A DNA stretch of 63,709 nt, filler included, from Lenisia limosa (GCA_001655205.1; 11 parts of 11 records of this genome joined end to end with filler, not necessarily neighbours in it); one strand, 5' to 3'. Counted from the whole stretch's first letter, positions 11,059-24,546 are shown. A program made the numbers and translations. The notes: generated by a model from the sequence alone, not told the origin.

Positions 11059-12430
11059 GAACTCAACTCAAGCCTCTCGTTTATCTTTTTCAAGCTTTTT
11101 GTGATGACCGAATTAACTTCAAAGATTCATTTCTCGATGTAACTCTGTTGCTGCAAGAGTTAGCTATCCTTATCGCGAATATCAGGCAAATTACCCCGAT
11201 GCTCTGTACCGTCCTGATAGCATAACAAAGGTTTGGACTTGATATATTTCTGTCATTTTTTTTTGTAGGTTGTGGAAACAGTTCAATTTGTTTTTAATCG
11301 TCCTGGCGATTATGGAAACCCCTACTGCTGCCTTGAAGGACTCAGACCTATAAACTCACCAGTTGTTCTTAAAGCCTTTCAATTGACTATAAAGAATTCT
11401 CAAGATTATTGGAAAGATCGGTACTCAGATGTAAAGAATAGCCTTTCCCCAACTAAGTTGGGATTAGCTTATTCAAATATCCAGAAGAATGCTTATTGCA
11501 AAGGGTCTCTTCTTGTTTAGACAACAATGCGGTAATAGAGGGACGAAAGAATGTTAGGACAGCACATTTGACATGTTCAAACTGGTTCAACAGGATGATA
11601 ACGGAATGAACCTACATTTGACAAAAATCACAAAAAGGTAAAACTGAAACATAATGGCTTTACTTTCTCTTTAGGAGGTTCAACTCGCAAGAGTTTATCT
11701 GGTAGAATGACTGTAAAGGCACCATTTGGGAAGTGAATGAACATGCTGGAATTATAGAGAAGGATGTTCATGAAAATTGCTTCGTTCGATGGTACAAGAA
11801 ATATCTTACTTTGATTTCAAGCAAGGCTACATTGGAAGACTACGCCAGAACACATCAAAAATCTGGGGAGTCAATTTCTCCAAAATTTTGGTTGACAGGC
11901 AAACCAGTTTGGCCAGTGAATGGACGGACCTGCTTTCTCAGTTTCTCTTATTGGTAGAAATACTCTGCCATCATTGGTCACTAATGGGATTATTGCTGCA
12001 AAGCATAAGAACATTGGCAGTCACAATGTCAGAAAAACTGTTGTTAAAAACATTAAGCCGTGCTGGTTTTCAACCCTCCAAGACGATCAAGAGAACAGTG
12101 CACTTAAACACTGGAAGCCTTGGTAATAATGATTAGCCATTTGAGACAGATGAAAAAAACATGACATATGCTCTTGCTGGGTATCCTTCAACTTTTGCTT
12201 CCGCTCCCAATTTTCATCCGCCTGCCTCCTCTTTGTTGCTTCTCTCCCTCCCCCACCTCCTCCAGCTGTCGTCAATGTAAATATTGGCAATATTTTTAAA
12301 GGTTAGCTGAGTTATTATCGAATTGTTTTTCAATGCTTTCAGGTCTTGGTGAGTTTCTCCGCCAGCAACAACAATATTATCCCGTTCCGCCTCAACCCCA
12401 ACCTCAACTTGAAATTTTATCTTCCTGATA
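11059..12430 (+). mobile_element. Decayed intron-containing Crypton-type (DUF3504-like) tyrosine recombinase gene, copy 2
   Basis: YRPDSITK|VVETVQF..GLFLFRQQCGNRGTKE (R)..FDKNHK (K)..CFVRWYKKYL..FWL..IGRNTLPSL..IGSHNVRKTVVK (HxxR)..LSRAGF..RTVHLNTGSL (H; catalytic Tyr lost), followed by a Pro/Gln-rich tail. Several frameshifts and stops. Confidence 0.8.
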
Positions 12431-13066
12431 CTTTTTCAGGATTTTGTGTGATTGTCCTGCCCGCCCCGTTCAAATTATTTTGCAAAACAAAACAGCGACG
12501 GAACCACCTTCAACATGAAAGGGGTTGGGGGGCTTTCATAAATAAGACCGCTTTTGTTAAGCTTTCTTCAAAGATTGTGTGTCTATTTCTTCTTTCTTTG
12601 CTGAATGAGGCATAAACGACTTTTTTGACCTGATGCAAATAACTTTTGGTACTTCACTTGCATAGAAGTTTCCTTCAAATGGGCCAAAAGCAAAAGGGGC
12701 TTTTTTGGATTTTTCTCGATATTAGCAATTCTAACAATTTTTTCAAAGAAAAAGGGAGGGTTGTTACAACTTCAGGGAATAATTATTTTCCAAATAGTGG
12801 ATCTTTCGGTTTGTGTAAGGTGCTAACAGCTTAATACATGTTATAATAGTTATATAGATACGGGTTAGGCGATTGAGAACTCTTAAAGGAAGAGAAAAGA
12901 GGGAAAAGAAAAAGAAGGGTGCTCACTAAAGAAAAAAGAGAAGTATAATTTTTCAAAAAAAGTTGCCCGTAGGGCTCAATCCCCCCTCTTGTTCAAAACC
13001 AAAAAAAGGCAATCTGGGGTTCATTTAACCACTAAAAAAATGGCACGCAAAATATCTGCATGAGAT

Positions 13067-13457
13067 CACTCAAAATATGACATTTCATCGTGTAAAGTTA
13101 TGCCATATCCCCGAGGGATATAGCATTCCAGAATTTCCGCGGATGGAGATTCCGAGGGATGAACGAGGCATAGCGAGTGAGAACCGAGGAACCTTGGGCA
13201 TATTCCCTCGGAAAAATGAGAGTCAGATTTTTTGTTTTGGGGTCTTTGTTTTCGCGAATCATGTTTTGTCGCTCTGATCGAACTATTAGAAGCATAAAAC
13301 AGGACAAAGGGGATAAAGGGTAAGAAGGGTGCGGGATATGGGGTCACATTATCGGAATGACATATTTATATCATGAATATCATCAAAAAAAAATATGACA
13401 TTTATCAAATTTTTTTATCCGCGGAGCTTAAACATATTTTTTTTTTACCCACGAGTG
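13067..13457. mobile_element. ~390-bp element bounded by CACTC...GAGTG with internal CCGAGG repeats
   Basis: Termini CACTCAAAATATG and CATATTTTTTTTTTACCCACGAGTG. Several CCGAGG/CCTCGG motifs lie in the left half. Single copy in this window. Confidence 0.4.
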
Positions 13458-13459
13458 TA

Positions 13460-14115
13460 TAGTCAAAGCTCCGGACATCATTCAAAATTCCCGGACACAT
13501 CAAAACTCCCGGACNNNNNNNNNNNNNNNNNNNNNNNNNNNNNNNNNNNNNNNNNNNNNNNNNNNNNNNNNNNNNNNNNNNNNNNNNNNNNNNNNNNNNN
13601 NNNNNNNNNNNNNNNNNNNNNNNNNNNNNNNNNNNNNNNATCTATTTACGGTCCAAAAAAGCAAAAACCGTTATAAAAGGTCACATTCAAGGAATAAATG
13701 GCAACTATCCGGGAAAGTTTACCCCTGTAGACAGTGCTATTTTTAGCATTTTTTCCTCAAAATTCACCATTACATAGCCAAAGCAAATGGGAACCCGGAA
13801 CCAATTACTCCGAGGGGTACAAATTTTTGTTTCTTAACACTAAAAGAGGGTAAGATTCAGAAAAAAATCCGTTAAAAGGCAAAAGGGGGACCCCCGGGAG
13901 ACCAAATTCACGGATTTTTGACATTTGCTCGGATTTTTAACATTTGCTCAAAATTGAAAAAAGTTAGAGCATTAGGAGGTCCATTTCTCTATGTATCTGT
14001 CGAAGCATTTTTTCAAAAAACACTAGCAATGGCCTGGCCTATACAAGGTGTCAACTTCAAGCTGTCCGGGAGTTTTGATGTGTCCGGGAATTTTGAATGA
14101 TGTCCGGAGCTTTGA
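13460..14115. mobile_element. Non-autonomous TIR DNA transposon, family F
   Basis: Perfect 52-bp inverted repeat, 13463-13514 against 14064-14115, holding three CCGGAC subrepeats. No coding capacity seen. Confidence 0.85.
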
Positions 14116-15866
14116 GGACCCATATACATGTATGACATATTTTGACTCATTGTTCTCCATTTGTTTGAGACAATAGTCATATTTTGCGTTGTTCAGACAC
14201 AGAGAAGAAAATGGCAGCCTTTTGGCTGCACAAATGGAAGAAAAGTATGTTCATAAACCCCAATTTCTCAGATAAAATTGACACAAAACGTGCAAAAAAC
14301 ACTTCAATTCATTCAAAAAACCTATTGATTATGCTCCCCAAAGGACAGGTCTTCAGCGTGATTGATCAGTTGAGGAGGGAGTTGAGAGCAACTGAACTCC
14401 TGAAATCATGATTAACTGCTTATATTTTGTTTTGTTTATAGTGCTTAGTACTGCAGAGTAAAGGAGGAACCCAACTTTTAGAAGATTATTGAGAAGATCC
14501 TTGAAAAGCTTCAATCAATCATCCTCAAAAGAAGCTCTCTGAATGTTAGCTAGATTGAAATCGGGCAGTCTACGCCGCAGGAGCTCACTCCTTTTTTTTT
14601 TTCTTTTTTTTGGCCAGCGGTTCTGTAGAGTTTCGTATTTCCCTGTTAGCTATTTTCTAACTTTATTTCTTACTATTCAATTTCCTACTGTCTTACACAC
14701 CGACCAGGGATGTGTTTTGTTTTTTTGGTGAGCAACCATTTTAGTCCATTTTAGCTTTTGTGGGTGAGCAACCGCTCCCGAATAGCGATATAGTTTGTTT
14801 TATTTTAAAAAAACGAATTATGAATGAATGATAACGCGTACTCTTAAGGGTAAGAAACAACAAACAGTTAATGATCTAAAGAATCAAAATCGCTTTTTTG
14901 TTGGCGTTTTATGAACATTTTCATTCATTTTAATATCCTCATATTCTAGGCCCTTGCTGATGATCGCGATCATTGCCTTGAGAGTGGAATGTCTCATTAT
15001 CTTCAAAAACCAGTACAAATTGATAAACTCAGAGCCCTTATGTCTTCTTTTATTAAATCTAAGAGATAGTATATATTCGTTTCAAATACATTTAACAGAT
15101 TGTGATAATGTGAAGAAATGTGTAAATATGACAACTTTATGGTTTAGAATAAAAACCTCCAAAGTAAGAATAATACAAACTTGGATCGATAGGACTATCA
15201 TCTCTCCAAACATTCATTAAAAAATAGGTGAAGGAGTAGATGATTTTACTATACTTTTACATTAAGGTGGTGGTTCTATTTGGTTATCTTATTATAAACA
15301 CGTTACTTCCATTACCAGAAATCGACAGATGAGCCAGTTTAATGGTAGATAATGCATGTATCAACTTTCCAAGTGTTTACCTGGTCGGGGTTGAAGAGCA
15401 TCAAAATCAAGGTTCGCGAAAGTCTTTTACATGATGATAACGAAGATCCCCAAATGCTTGACGGGACTCACTTTAGAGTACAGTATTGTGAAATAAAACA
15501 GCTAAGAGACGTGGGGAGAGAGGCTTGAGAAACCGTTGAGAAAAAGAATAAACCACAAGTCGCTTCTGAACACTCTCGGATTCTCTATTATATGTTCTAC
15601 TGGCTGTTAATCACTGGATTAAACTAGATCAGAGAGAATCTCGAGTTGTTCAGAGGCTACGTAAGTTAATCTCTACTTGAAGGTGTGGGTAAACTTTCCC
15701 GGAGTTTACCCACACTATCTTATGCCCATGAAAAATACGGTTATTCTTTTAGTTTGTTAATGGCGTCACACTCATTTATGATTGATACTACAGTCTCATC
15801 ATATCTATTGACCCCCCACCTCCCCAATACTGATCACAGTCTATCACATGGGTTTCTTATATTATA

Positions 15867-16445
15867 TAGTCAAAGCTCCGGACATCATTCAAAATCTCCG
15901 GTCACATCAAAACTCCCAGACAGCTTGAATTTTCCCAATTAAAGTACTATCTTCATTTTCTTGTTATTTTCGGAAGTAATTTCAGTCATAATCACAGAAT
16001 TGAATGCGATTTTGACATATTCTTGGGTCAAACCCAAATTAAGTCACTTGGCTACCCGTTTGCGGCCCTTAAACTGCCACAAACAACNNNNNNNNNNAAC
16101 ATTCAAGGAATAAATGGCAACTATCCAAGATAGTTTGAACTTGTAGAAAGCACTATTTTGAATATTTTTCTCTCATCACATTGCCAAAGCAAGGGGGAAT
16201 CAACCAATACTCCGAGGGGTACAAATTTTTGTTTCTTAAGACTAAAAGAGGGATAGATTTAGAAAAAAAAATCCCGTGAAAAGGCAAAAGGGGCCACCCC
16301 GGGGAGACCAAATTCACGGATTTTTGACACTTGCTCAAAATTGAAAAAAAAAAAAGTTGGGGAACATTAAGAGGTCATTTTTTCTATATATCTGTCGAAC
16401 CAGTTTTGTATTAAACCCATACAAGGGGTCAACTTCAAGCTGTCC
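15867..16445. mobile_element. Family F copy 2, right end truncated
   Basis: Left TIR and internal blocks (CATTCAAGGAATAAATGGCAACTATCC, GAGGGGTACAAATTTTTGTTTCTTAA, GGGGAGACCAAATTCACGGATTTTTGACA) shared with copy 1. Confidence 0.85.
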
Positions 16446-18271
16446 TCTTCACATTAGATCGGGAGTCTGCTTAATTTTTCTGAACAATTTTTTACAATTA
16501 TTGTTCTGGGGTGGAAAAATGTATAATTTTGAGTTTAACCTTTTCCGTGAGATTATCAACTGTCTCTATTTTACACCACTTTGTGTCATCATCTAAATTA
16601 ATGGATCTCAGCACTTTCTATGGGTGATTTTAGACTTAAAAACTCTACGATTTGACCAATATTTCAGGAAAGTAGATATGTACCTAGAAAACGACAAATA
16701 TTAATGTTGACTCAGAAAAGTGCATATTTCTTGCAATGTTCCATGGAAAAGCGGGCGAAATTCCAAAAAAACAGTGTTTTTGCAGTTTAAGCAGACTCTC
16801 GATTTATTAATATTTTGAAATGTATGTATATGAAATCAAATCAAATCATTTTGTGAGATAGGTTGAAACTATTAGAGATTTTGCTGCTGATCATCACAAG
16901 TCACCGTTCTTGAAAGAAGGTGTATTGCCTCATGTTGGAAAGAGGGATTTGCACATGATGGGATCAAAATAGACTGGTTGCATTTGTCTAAACAGTAAGA
17001 AGGGGTAAACCAATACGGGGTAGAATAAAAAGAGATGCCTACCGAAAATCATATCCTTGTATGCTTGGTCAACAAATGCGAAAATATGGGGTGGAACTCC
17101 ATCCCTGAAAGGTCAGAAACACAGAGAATATTGACCNNNNNNNNNNNNNNNNNNNNNNNNNNNNNNNNNNNNNNNNNNNNTTAATTAATTAANNNNNNNN
17201 NNNNNNNNNNNNNNNNNNNNNNNNNNNNNNNNNNNNGCCCACACCAAGATGATGACGTCAAAGGAATGGCGTGCTCTGCCAATTGCAATGAAAATGGCCA
17301 GAAAAGGTGGGATATTCCCTTCCCAAGATGATGGAGTTATTTTTTTGATATATACAAATAAAATACTCCAGGTTATAACATAGAGGGCATAAAATGCCCC
17401 CGCCATTCAGTAGCCCCATGTAAAAATTCAGGAATTACCCCCCCCCCCCCCNNNNNNNNNNNNNNNNNNNNNNNNNNNNNNNNNNNNNNNNNNNNNNNNN
17501 NNNNNNNNNNNNNNNNNNNNNNNNNNNNNNNNNNNNNNNNNNNNNNNNNNNNNNNNNNNNNNNNNNNNNNNNNNNNNNNNNNNNNNNNNNNNNNNNNNNN
17601 NNNNNNNNNNNNNNNNNNNNNNNNNNNNNNNNNNNNNNNNNNNNNNNNNNNNNNNNNNNNNNNNNNNNNNNNNNNNNNNNNNNNNNNNNNNNNNNNNNNN
17701 NNNNNNNNNNNNNNNNNNNNNNNNNNNNNNNNNNNNNNNNNNNNNNNNNNNNNNNNNNNNNNNNNTTTCCCAAGGATAATTGGTCAAGACTTATCCCGAT
17801 CGCTGTATATTCTGATAAGTGTATACTCAATGGTAAAGGAGGGTAGTCCAGAATACCCATTTCTCGCTTTCTTTTTTTAAAAGACAAGGTAACAAATACA
17901 CATTAGGAATGTCGGGAAGCGTTTTAAAAGTAATTTCTACTGGTCTATTATGTGACATATGAACGTGCTATTTTCTCACAACTGCAGGAAGACCGCGAAT
18001 ATGGAAGATGTGTCTTATGTTTGTTTGTTTCGTGTGTTTTTATGATTTTATGTAATATGTATTTATGATTTTTATTTGTTTTTAACTTTGTGAACGGGAT
18101 AAAAAAGGGGTACTTGCATTGAAGGGAGTTATGAGAGCTTCACTTTTGGTTCCAGAAAAAGACTTAATTCTCGATAAATCCTCGATTAATATTGATAATT
18201 TGTTAGAAATAGACGGGTGGGAGTACAGAATGATGATTTTGGCACCAGTTTTTTATTTTGAAAGTATAAAG

Positions 18272-18370
18272 TAGGGTTTCACTTCGGTTCGATAAAAGAC
18301 TGAATTTCTCTATAACTTCTCGAACATCGTCGATATTTTACGGGTATTTTTCGAACCGAAGTGAAGCCCA
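18272..18370. mobile_element. MITE family A (another partial copy at ~18133-18200)
   Basis: TIR GGGTTTCACTTCGGTTCG / CGAACCGAAGTGAAGCCC. Confidence 0.85.
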
Positions 18371-18717
18371 AGTGTATGTTATTTTCCAAGCAGTGATATG
18401 CCACTGTTCGTCATAATTTATTATCACTTATCTCAATAAAACTCCGATACTTTGGAAGCCTTGTGTTTTTTATTCCATTTCGTGACTTTTGGATATGGGT
18501 GCATGCAAGTTCAAATATTCATTTTCACACTTCGTCTGAAGACATAATTTACAAACATCTCAAAAGATAACCTGCAGCAGTAATACGATTAGTTGTGAGT
18601 TTCACCCAGATCTTGTGTCCAATCCTAATATCCAATTTTCATTTTTTATTCCATTGCAAAGAAAGTGGCATCATAAACCAGAGACCATACCATCATACAT
18701 GCTACCAGCATTCCAAT

Positions 18718-21700
18718 TCAGCCGAGATATACCCTCTTCTTGGACTCAATATTCGAACGGCATTGAGGGCAGTTTTTGATTGCTGGGAGGCGAGAGCACT
18801 CTTCGCAAACACAAACGTGGCCACAGGGTTCAAAGAGAACCTGGGGGTTGTCAAAGATTTCGCGTCAATCCCCAATTTTAAGAGCTTCCTTTTTTTGGTG
18901 TTCCTTCTATTTCCCCCAGTATTTTCACATATTTTCCACCACTTTCAAAATCCGTATCACATAACCTAACGGTGAGCCAATGATACTCATCTACTCGCGA
19001 GCGGAAGTTTTCCTGACATCAGTGGGATCACAGCGATCTTTCACTCAAATAAAACAATCCTATTTTGCTCCCGAGAATCAAATCCAACCTGAATTTCATT
19101 GTCAAAGCAGATATTGCACTCAAAAGACTGTGTCTAAAAAATAAAAATGAATGTCAGCGTCTAGTTAAAAAAGTGATAAAAGGTTAAATTTTTGCTAATA
19201 GAGATGTTTGTTTTAAGAGCCACCCAAACCAGCCCACCTTCAGGGTAACTTCGGGGGATTCCGGTGGCGATGATCCGCCGAGAGAGGTCAAAGCGTTACC
19301 CAGGAGACTTTTGATGAGTTCCGCTTCAGCTGTCAACATCCGACTACAGGGTGTTTAGGAGGTGTATAACCTACGGCTTCACTTTGGTTTGGGAAAATAT
19401 CTATAGTTTTTGAGGATTTATCGAGAAATTCAGTCTTTTTTGAACCGAAATGAAGCTCTAGGTAAAGCATTTTAGCTTCCAAGGTTAATTTAGGGCTCCA
19501 TGCAACTAATTGAAAAATATTTTCAAAATATGAAGTGGGACATAACGAGAATCTATTTCGACACTTTAATTTCAAATTTTGTTATAAATTTCCTCCAAAT
19601 AATTAATTGCACGGAGCCCTCGTTTATGTAGCATGATATTATTGAACGGTGGTGTTGATGGAGGTGGGTGTGATATGATATGGGAGGATAGTACTTCACT
19701 TCGGTTCGAAAAATACCGGTTAAATATCGATAGTTTTCGAGGATTTATCGAAAAATTCAGTCTTTTATCGAACTGAAGTGCAAGTATAAGATATTTGGAA
19801 TGCAAGCCAAACCTAATGAAAAGCAGAATTTTATTTCACCAAATATAATAATATAATAGGACCAGCACAGATACCAGATTATTACCTTACCAGTTCTCAT
19901 AAATATAATTAATTAAATAGTAGAGCTCCGATTAATTTATTGAAACCAAAATTCAAAATTTGACGTGGGACGTAGTGTAACGAGAACCCTATTCCAGACA
20001 CTGTAATTTCATTTTTGTCAAATAATTTCCTCGAAAATTTAATCGCAGGGAGTCGTAATAATAAGATTCTAATTTCAATTACATAATCCTAAACTCTCTT
20101 TTCAAAGGAAAAAGGGACATCTTTCCAAAAATCCACAGGGTTACTTACTTGACAAAGAAACCATGGGCTTACATTGAGGTAATATCAACTAAAAGATCCA
20201 TAAGACGATTAGTCAAGTTGAGCGGAGTCTGAGGGGTCTGACTTGGTAAACAATGAACTCAATTAAACAATTTCAAGGGAATATATACAGGCTTAACAAG
20301 TCCATCCTCTCCGTAGCCTACTGGAGGGAGCGTTAACAATTCACTTTTGTGAAACAGATTAATTACAGAAAATCTCTATTTGATACAATCTTTAATTTTC
20401 ACTAAAGGAACAAAATATTTTGCTAGCTTTAATGAGGGGAGACGAACTAGTCTCATTGTAACATCATCACTATCAACAATATAGTGTTAATTATATAGCA
20501 ATGGGAAATACAAATAAGGTTGTATCTGGCCGAGCCAATATCATAATCATCAACACCGTCACAATCATCACCATTAGCTTTATCCTCACCATTATGATCA
20601 TGATCTTCACTAACTACCACAACTATATTGCTGTATGTCATGCTCCCCTTAACTTACAGTACCGCGATAAGTCTTGACCGATTTTCCTTGGGAAATCATG
20701 GAGCAAATCAGTCAATACTTATCCCAGTCACCGTACATGTAATGGTATATTTTCACGCGAGTGCTGGTAGCTAGCTACTCATACAAAACTATATATGTCA
20801 TACATCATGCATTTTGTTCAATGTGCATTTTTACTCCTTTTACCTCGGGATTGTTAGGGTGCGGATTTTTGGTAGAAGGCGTAGATGGCTTGTCAAATTG
20901 TTTGTTCTTGTTTGTAGGCTGACTAAATGAAGAAGATAGAAGCTTGCAGCAAAGGACAAATACAGATTGATGTGATGTTGTAGTTTCGCATGTAATGACT
21001 AACATTGACTTTTGGTACTTTGGGTGTCGATGGGGGCTAAATAGATTAGTATCACGGAAATCCCATTTCAGACACTTTCATTTCAAATTTTGTCAATTAA
21101 TTTTTTCATAACATTAATTTCAGGGAGTAACATAGTAATAAAGTTTGACCAACTTTTACTTCTTCTACTCTGGTTCTATAAGGTTGAGGTGCAGTAGAAA
21201 GCTGTCAAAATAATAAGAAGAATGTGACATAATACAACAGAAGAAGAGAAATATGTGTTTTAAATATAACAGAATACACTGTTCATCAACATATAAAATG
21301 ACATATTTGAGAAGTTCTTAATGAAAATTTCCCGGTAGTCTTACCCATTTCCGATCGCTACAACAACTTTCAAGCTAAAACAATGAGTTTGCTTTTATCC
21401 TACAAAAAAGCGCGATAACATATCAATGTTTATTGAGGATTTATCGTGAAATCCTCTTTTTGGACCGCGAGTGGACACCCAATTTTTTACAATCATGATA
21501 AGGTTATTATTATTCCACAATGTAAATTCGCATATTACCATTGAATCATTTTTTATTTTCCAATTTATCTCATCGTGCAAAATTAATTTCAAATATTGAC
21601 ACAAAGTCCTTGTTTGACACCAACACAATTTTAACACTTCTAAACGGAGCGTATGAATTGAGCTTCTCTTCTGTTCAAAAACAGATTGAATTTCACGATA

Positions 21701-22680
21701 AATCCTCGAAAATCATCGAATTTTTACCAGTCTTTTTCAAACAGAAGTGAAGCCGATGTATGAAACGGTTTTTATGGTATACCTACAAGTATATGATATG
21801 CACTTATTGATTCCAGTATTGATATTTGGTTCTAAGAAAGAGTCCCCTAATATGTAAGTTGCGACTGTATAAAATTGTGTTTATGGCATTCTTTTTAATT
21901 TATTGATTTCATAGTATTGTGTTTTAAAGTGTTATATGGTTCTAATACAAAGTCTCCTACTATGAATTGTGACTATATGACAATTTTGTTTATGTTATCC
22001 CGATATATATGCATTTATAATTCTATAGTATTGTTTTAGATTCATTCTGATTCTTACAAAAGTCATTTAATGAAAGTTGTGGTGACTGTATATTAGTTTT
22101 GTTTATGGTATCCCTTTTTTATAGATCCTAATCTTTTTGAAGAGTATTTTCTTGATTTCAAGAAACCCACCTTGGTCAATCTTTGGCAGCCTCTGCAAGT
22201 CTGATTGGTAAGAGGAATGGGTTTTTTTTCAATAAACCCCAAATAATGTTAACCCATATCCACAAGTGATGTGATCATATGACCGACTTTCGAGTCAAAT
22301 TAATGAACGAAAATAATACGAGGGTTCATCCCGAGTGTATCAGAGTATCATTGAGACTTGTCGGTCAATTATAATAGGAGTAGATATAAGGTATTATTAA
22401 CCTTCAAAATTTAACATTTGTAAAATTATTTCAAATTATGATGTTCAAAAATTGACAAAATAACTATTAACATATAATGATTATATACAGGGGATTAACT
22501 TGCACGCAAACATATTTAGAATCTGTCTTGTTGAAGTCGGTGCAGATGTATCCATCTTGGTAGCACTTTTTACAGAGATCAACCATCACTTGAGCGCTAA
22601 CAATAACTTTGTCGTAGAGGTCTTTGCACATTTCCTCAAATTGTTCAGGAGTCCTTGAAAGTCAATAAAAGTTCTTTACA
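18718..22680 (-). CDS. Multi-exon gene ending in a C3HC4 RING finger (E3 ligase-like)
   Basis: Exons 19127-19089 and 18840-18718 give FECNICFDNEIQ|VLFEPCGHVCVCEECSRLPAIKNCPQCRSNIESKKRVYLG*. Further candidate exons near 19345-19224, 20.2-20.3 kb, 20.9 kb and 22.5-22.66 kb. The 5' end is unresolved and may extend to ~25.4 kb. Confidence 0.8.
19372..19460. mobile_element. MITE family A
   Basis: TA-flanked, TIRs GGCTTCACTTTGG / CCGAAATGAAGCTC. Confidence 0.85.
19530..19620 (+). repeat. Interspersed repeat family H
   Basis: GACACTTTAATTTCAAATTTTGT...AATTGCACGGAG(C/T)CC. Copies at ~19530, 19960, 21055, 27486 and 59670-59870. Confidence 0.7.
19689..19786. mobile_element. MITE family A
   Basis: CTTCACTTCGGTTCGAAAAA...TCGAACTGAAGTG. 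Confidence 0.8.
20655..20735. mobile_element. MITE family B
   Basis: TACAGTACCGCGATAAGTCTTGACCG...ACTTATCCCAGTCACCGTA. Confidence 0.85.
21659..21756. mobile_element. MITE family A, diverged
   Basis: GAGCTTCTCTTCTGTT...AACAGAAGTGAAGCC. Confidence 0.75.
22266..22400 (+). repeat. Interspersed repeat family C
   Basis: CATATGACCGACTTT..GAGGGTTCATCCCGAGTGTATCAGAGTATCATTGAGACTTGTCGGTCA. Copies at ~5155, 22266, 23025, 31863 and, reversed, 58678. Confidence 0.85.
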
Positions 22681-22715
22681 AGACCAATCAAAAAGAAGGC
22701 TTGAGCCCTAGTAAT

Positions 22716-22796
22716 TACGGTGACCGGGATCAGTTTGACCGATTTTCCTTGGGAGGTCATTGGACAAATCGGTCAAGACTGATTCCGGTCACTGTT
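22716..22796. mobile_element. MITE family B
   Basis: TACGGTGACCGGGATCAG...CTGATTCCGGTCACTGT. Confidence 0.85.
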
Positions 22797-24464
22797 TGAA
22801 GAAACTAATATTTTTCAAACACTCACTACGTCGACTCGACTTGGAATTCCCTTGTATTATTTGGAAACCAATAAATTGCTTCCGATTTCTAAATAATTCC
22901 ATGGAATTCCCATGTAAATAATGGGAATTCCAACTAGTTCACCAGAATCCATAGTGAAGGGGGTCTTCCACTGAAGACCTGGGAGAAAGCACCGATGACC
23001 TGTGCATAGGGCCTCTGGTGATATAGTAATCATATGACCTATTTATGGAACACAATGAAAATGGACATATTATACATGTACCACGAGGGTTTACCACGAG
23101 TCCGTCAGAGTGGTACTGAGATGTGACGTTTATGTTAGTTCACATTTGTGAAAATGACCCAAAAACTATTATTACCCTGAAAATGTTGCAATTTATGCAA
23201 AAAGTCTAAAACACTTATGTTACTCCCTCCCCTATCATGCTTAAAGAAATGAACTCATCGTTTGATATTTACTCTTTATGGGCCAATTTACTGTAATCTG
23301 TGATAAAAGTTAGTACCCCGTTTAGCGGATTCAATTGAGCTTACTGTTTTCTTTTCTTGACAATCTTCAAGTTTGGATCATTCGTCTTGACAAATTAAAT
23401 GGAAACAATTGAGAAGTGGACGTGTATGGAATATGCTCGTGAACAAAAGTAAACAAACAAGCCTAATCAGCAGAGCATTTATCTGAATCAGTTAATTCAA
23501 TATATTATTGCTTGAACAAAGTGAACCAAACCACATCTTTCTTCTTTTCGGAAGTATTCTGAGTAAGCTATTTCAATTTATTATTGCTTTAACCAAAATG
23601 AAACCCAAACAGTCCCACCTCTTTCTTCTTTTTGGAAGTTTTCTTAGGAATTAGAGTCCAAGTGGAATTGCCACATGATTTGATGTTAATGATCTAAAGA
23701 GTAACAAAACAAAGACTCCGAAATTGGTTTTTAAAGAAATTTGCCCAAATTTGAAATTAAATTGTCTGAAATTGAGTTCAAAATTTTGCATTTATTTTTA
23801 TTTATTGCCCGTAGTCCTGGTTAAAATAATAACAGATTTTTGAGACTGTTTTTAAAGAAATGAGAAATAGATGAAAATCACAGAGATTGTTGATGACATG
23901 CGTCGAGTATTTTTAATCTGTGAAAGTCCACAGGCGAATCAACTTGGGGATTCCCGTGTTGTATTTGGGAATCCCATAAATTCTTCAAAGTTCCTTAAAA
24001 TTACATATGAATGGGAATTCTAATTTTTTAACAAATTCCTTAGCAGTAGTGTAACTTTAGCAAGCTGGTCAGGTTAAACAACACACACTACTATTGGAAG
24101 AGAATAATTAAAATGAGAAGCTGTTATTGCGAAGTTCTTATATTATTACTGTACTAATTTTCCAATTAAACCAAAAAAATCTTTTCCACAACATTGATTG
24201 GACGTCTTTTATGAACCTTTGTATTTCACAAAGTAGGAAGTATCAACATGTTATTTCAGCAAAAATGAAAAATTCAAGGGCTTTACTTTCAGTCCAGAAG
24301 TATATCCCATAATCGAGATTTATCAAGCATTCAGTCCGTTTGTAAACCGAAGTGAAAATAAAATTCAGCTATTTGACATGAAATTTAAAAGTATTGCACT
24401 TTCGACAAGAAAAGAAGGAAAAGACAAAAAACTTTTTGTAGTAGTGCAGGTAGCATCAAATAAT

Positions 24465-24546
24465 TAGAGCTTAACTTTCGGTTCCAAAATTCTGATAAGA
24501 TATCGATATTTTTCGAGTCTTTTTTGGAACAAAAAGTGAAGCTCTA
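24465..24546. mobile_element. MITE family A (another diverged copy at ~24277-24360)
   Basis: TAGAGCTTAACTTTCGG...AAGTGAAGCTCTA. Confidence 0.75.

Noticed and set aside
14184-15700. Degenerate coding-like stretches as a transposase
   Set aside because: Multiple stops and no recognisable DDE or other motif.
3085-17887. Long ORFs in the supplied track made mostly of X
   Set aside because: They are artefacts of N gaps lacking stop codons.
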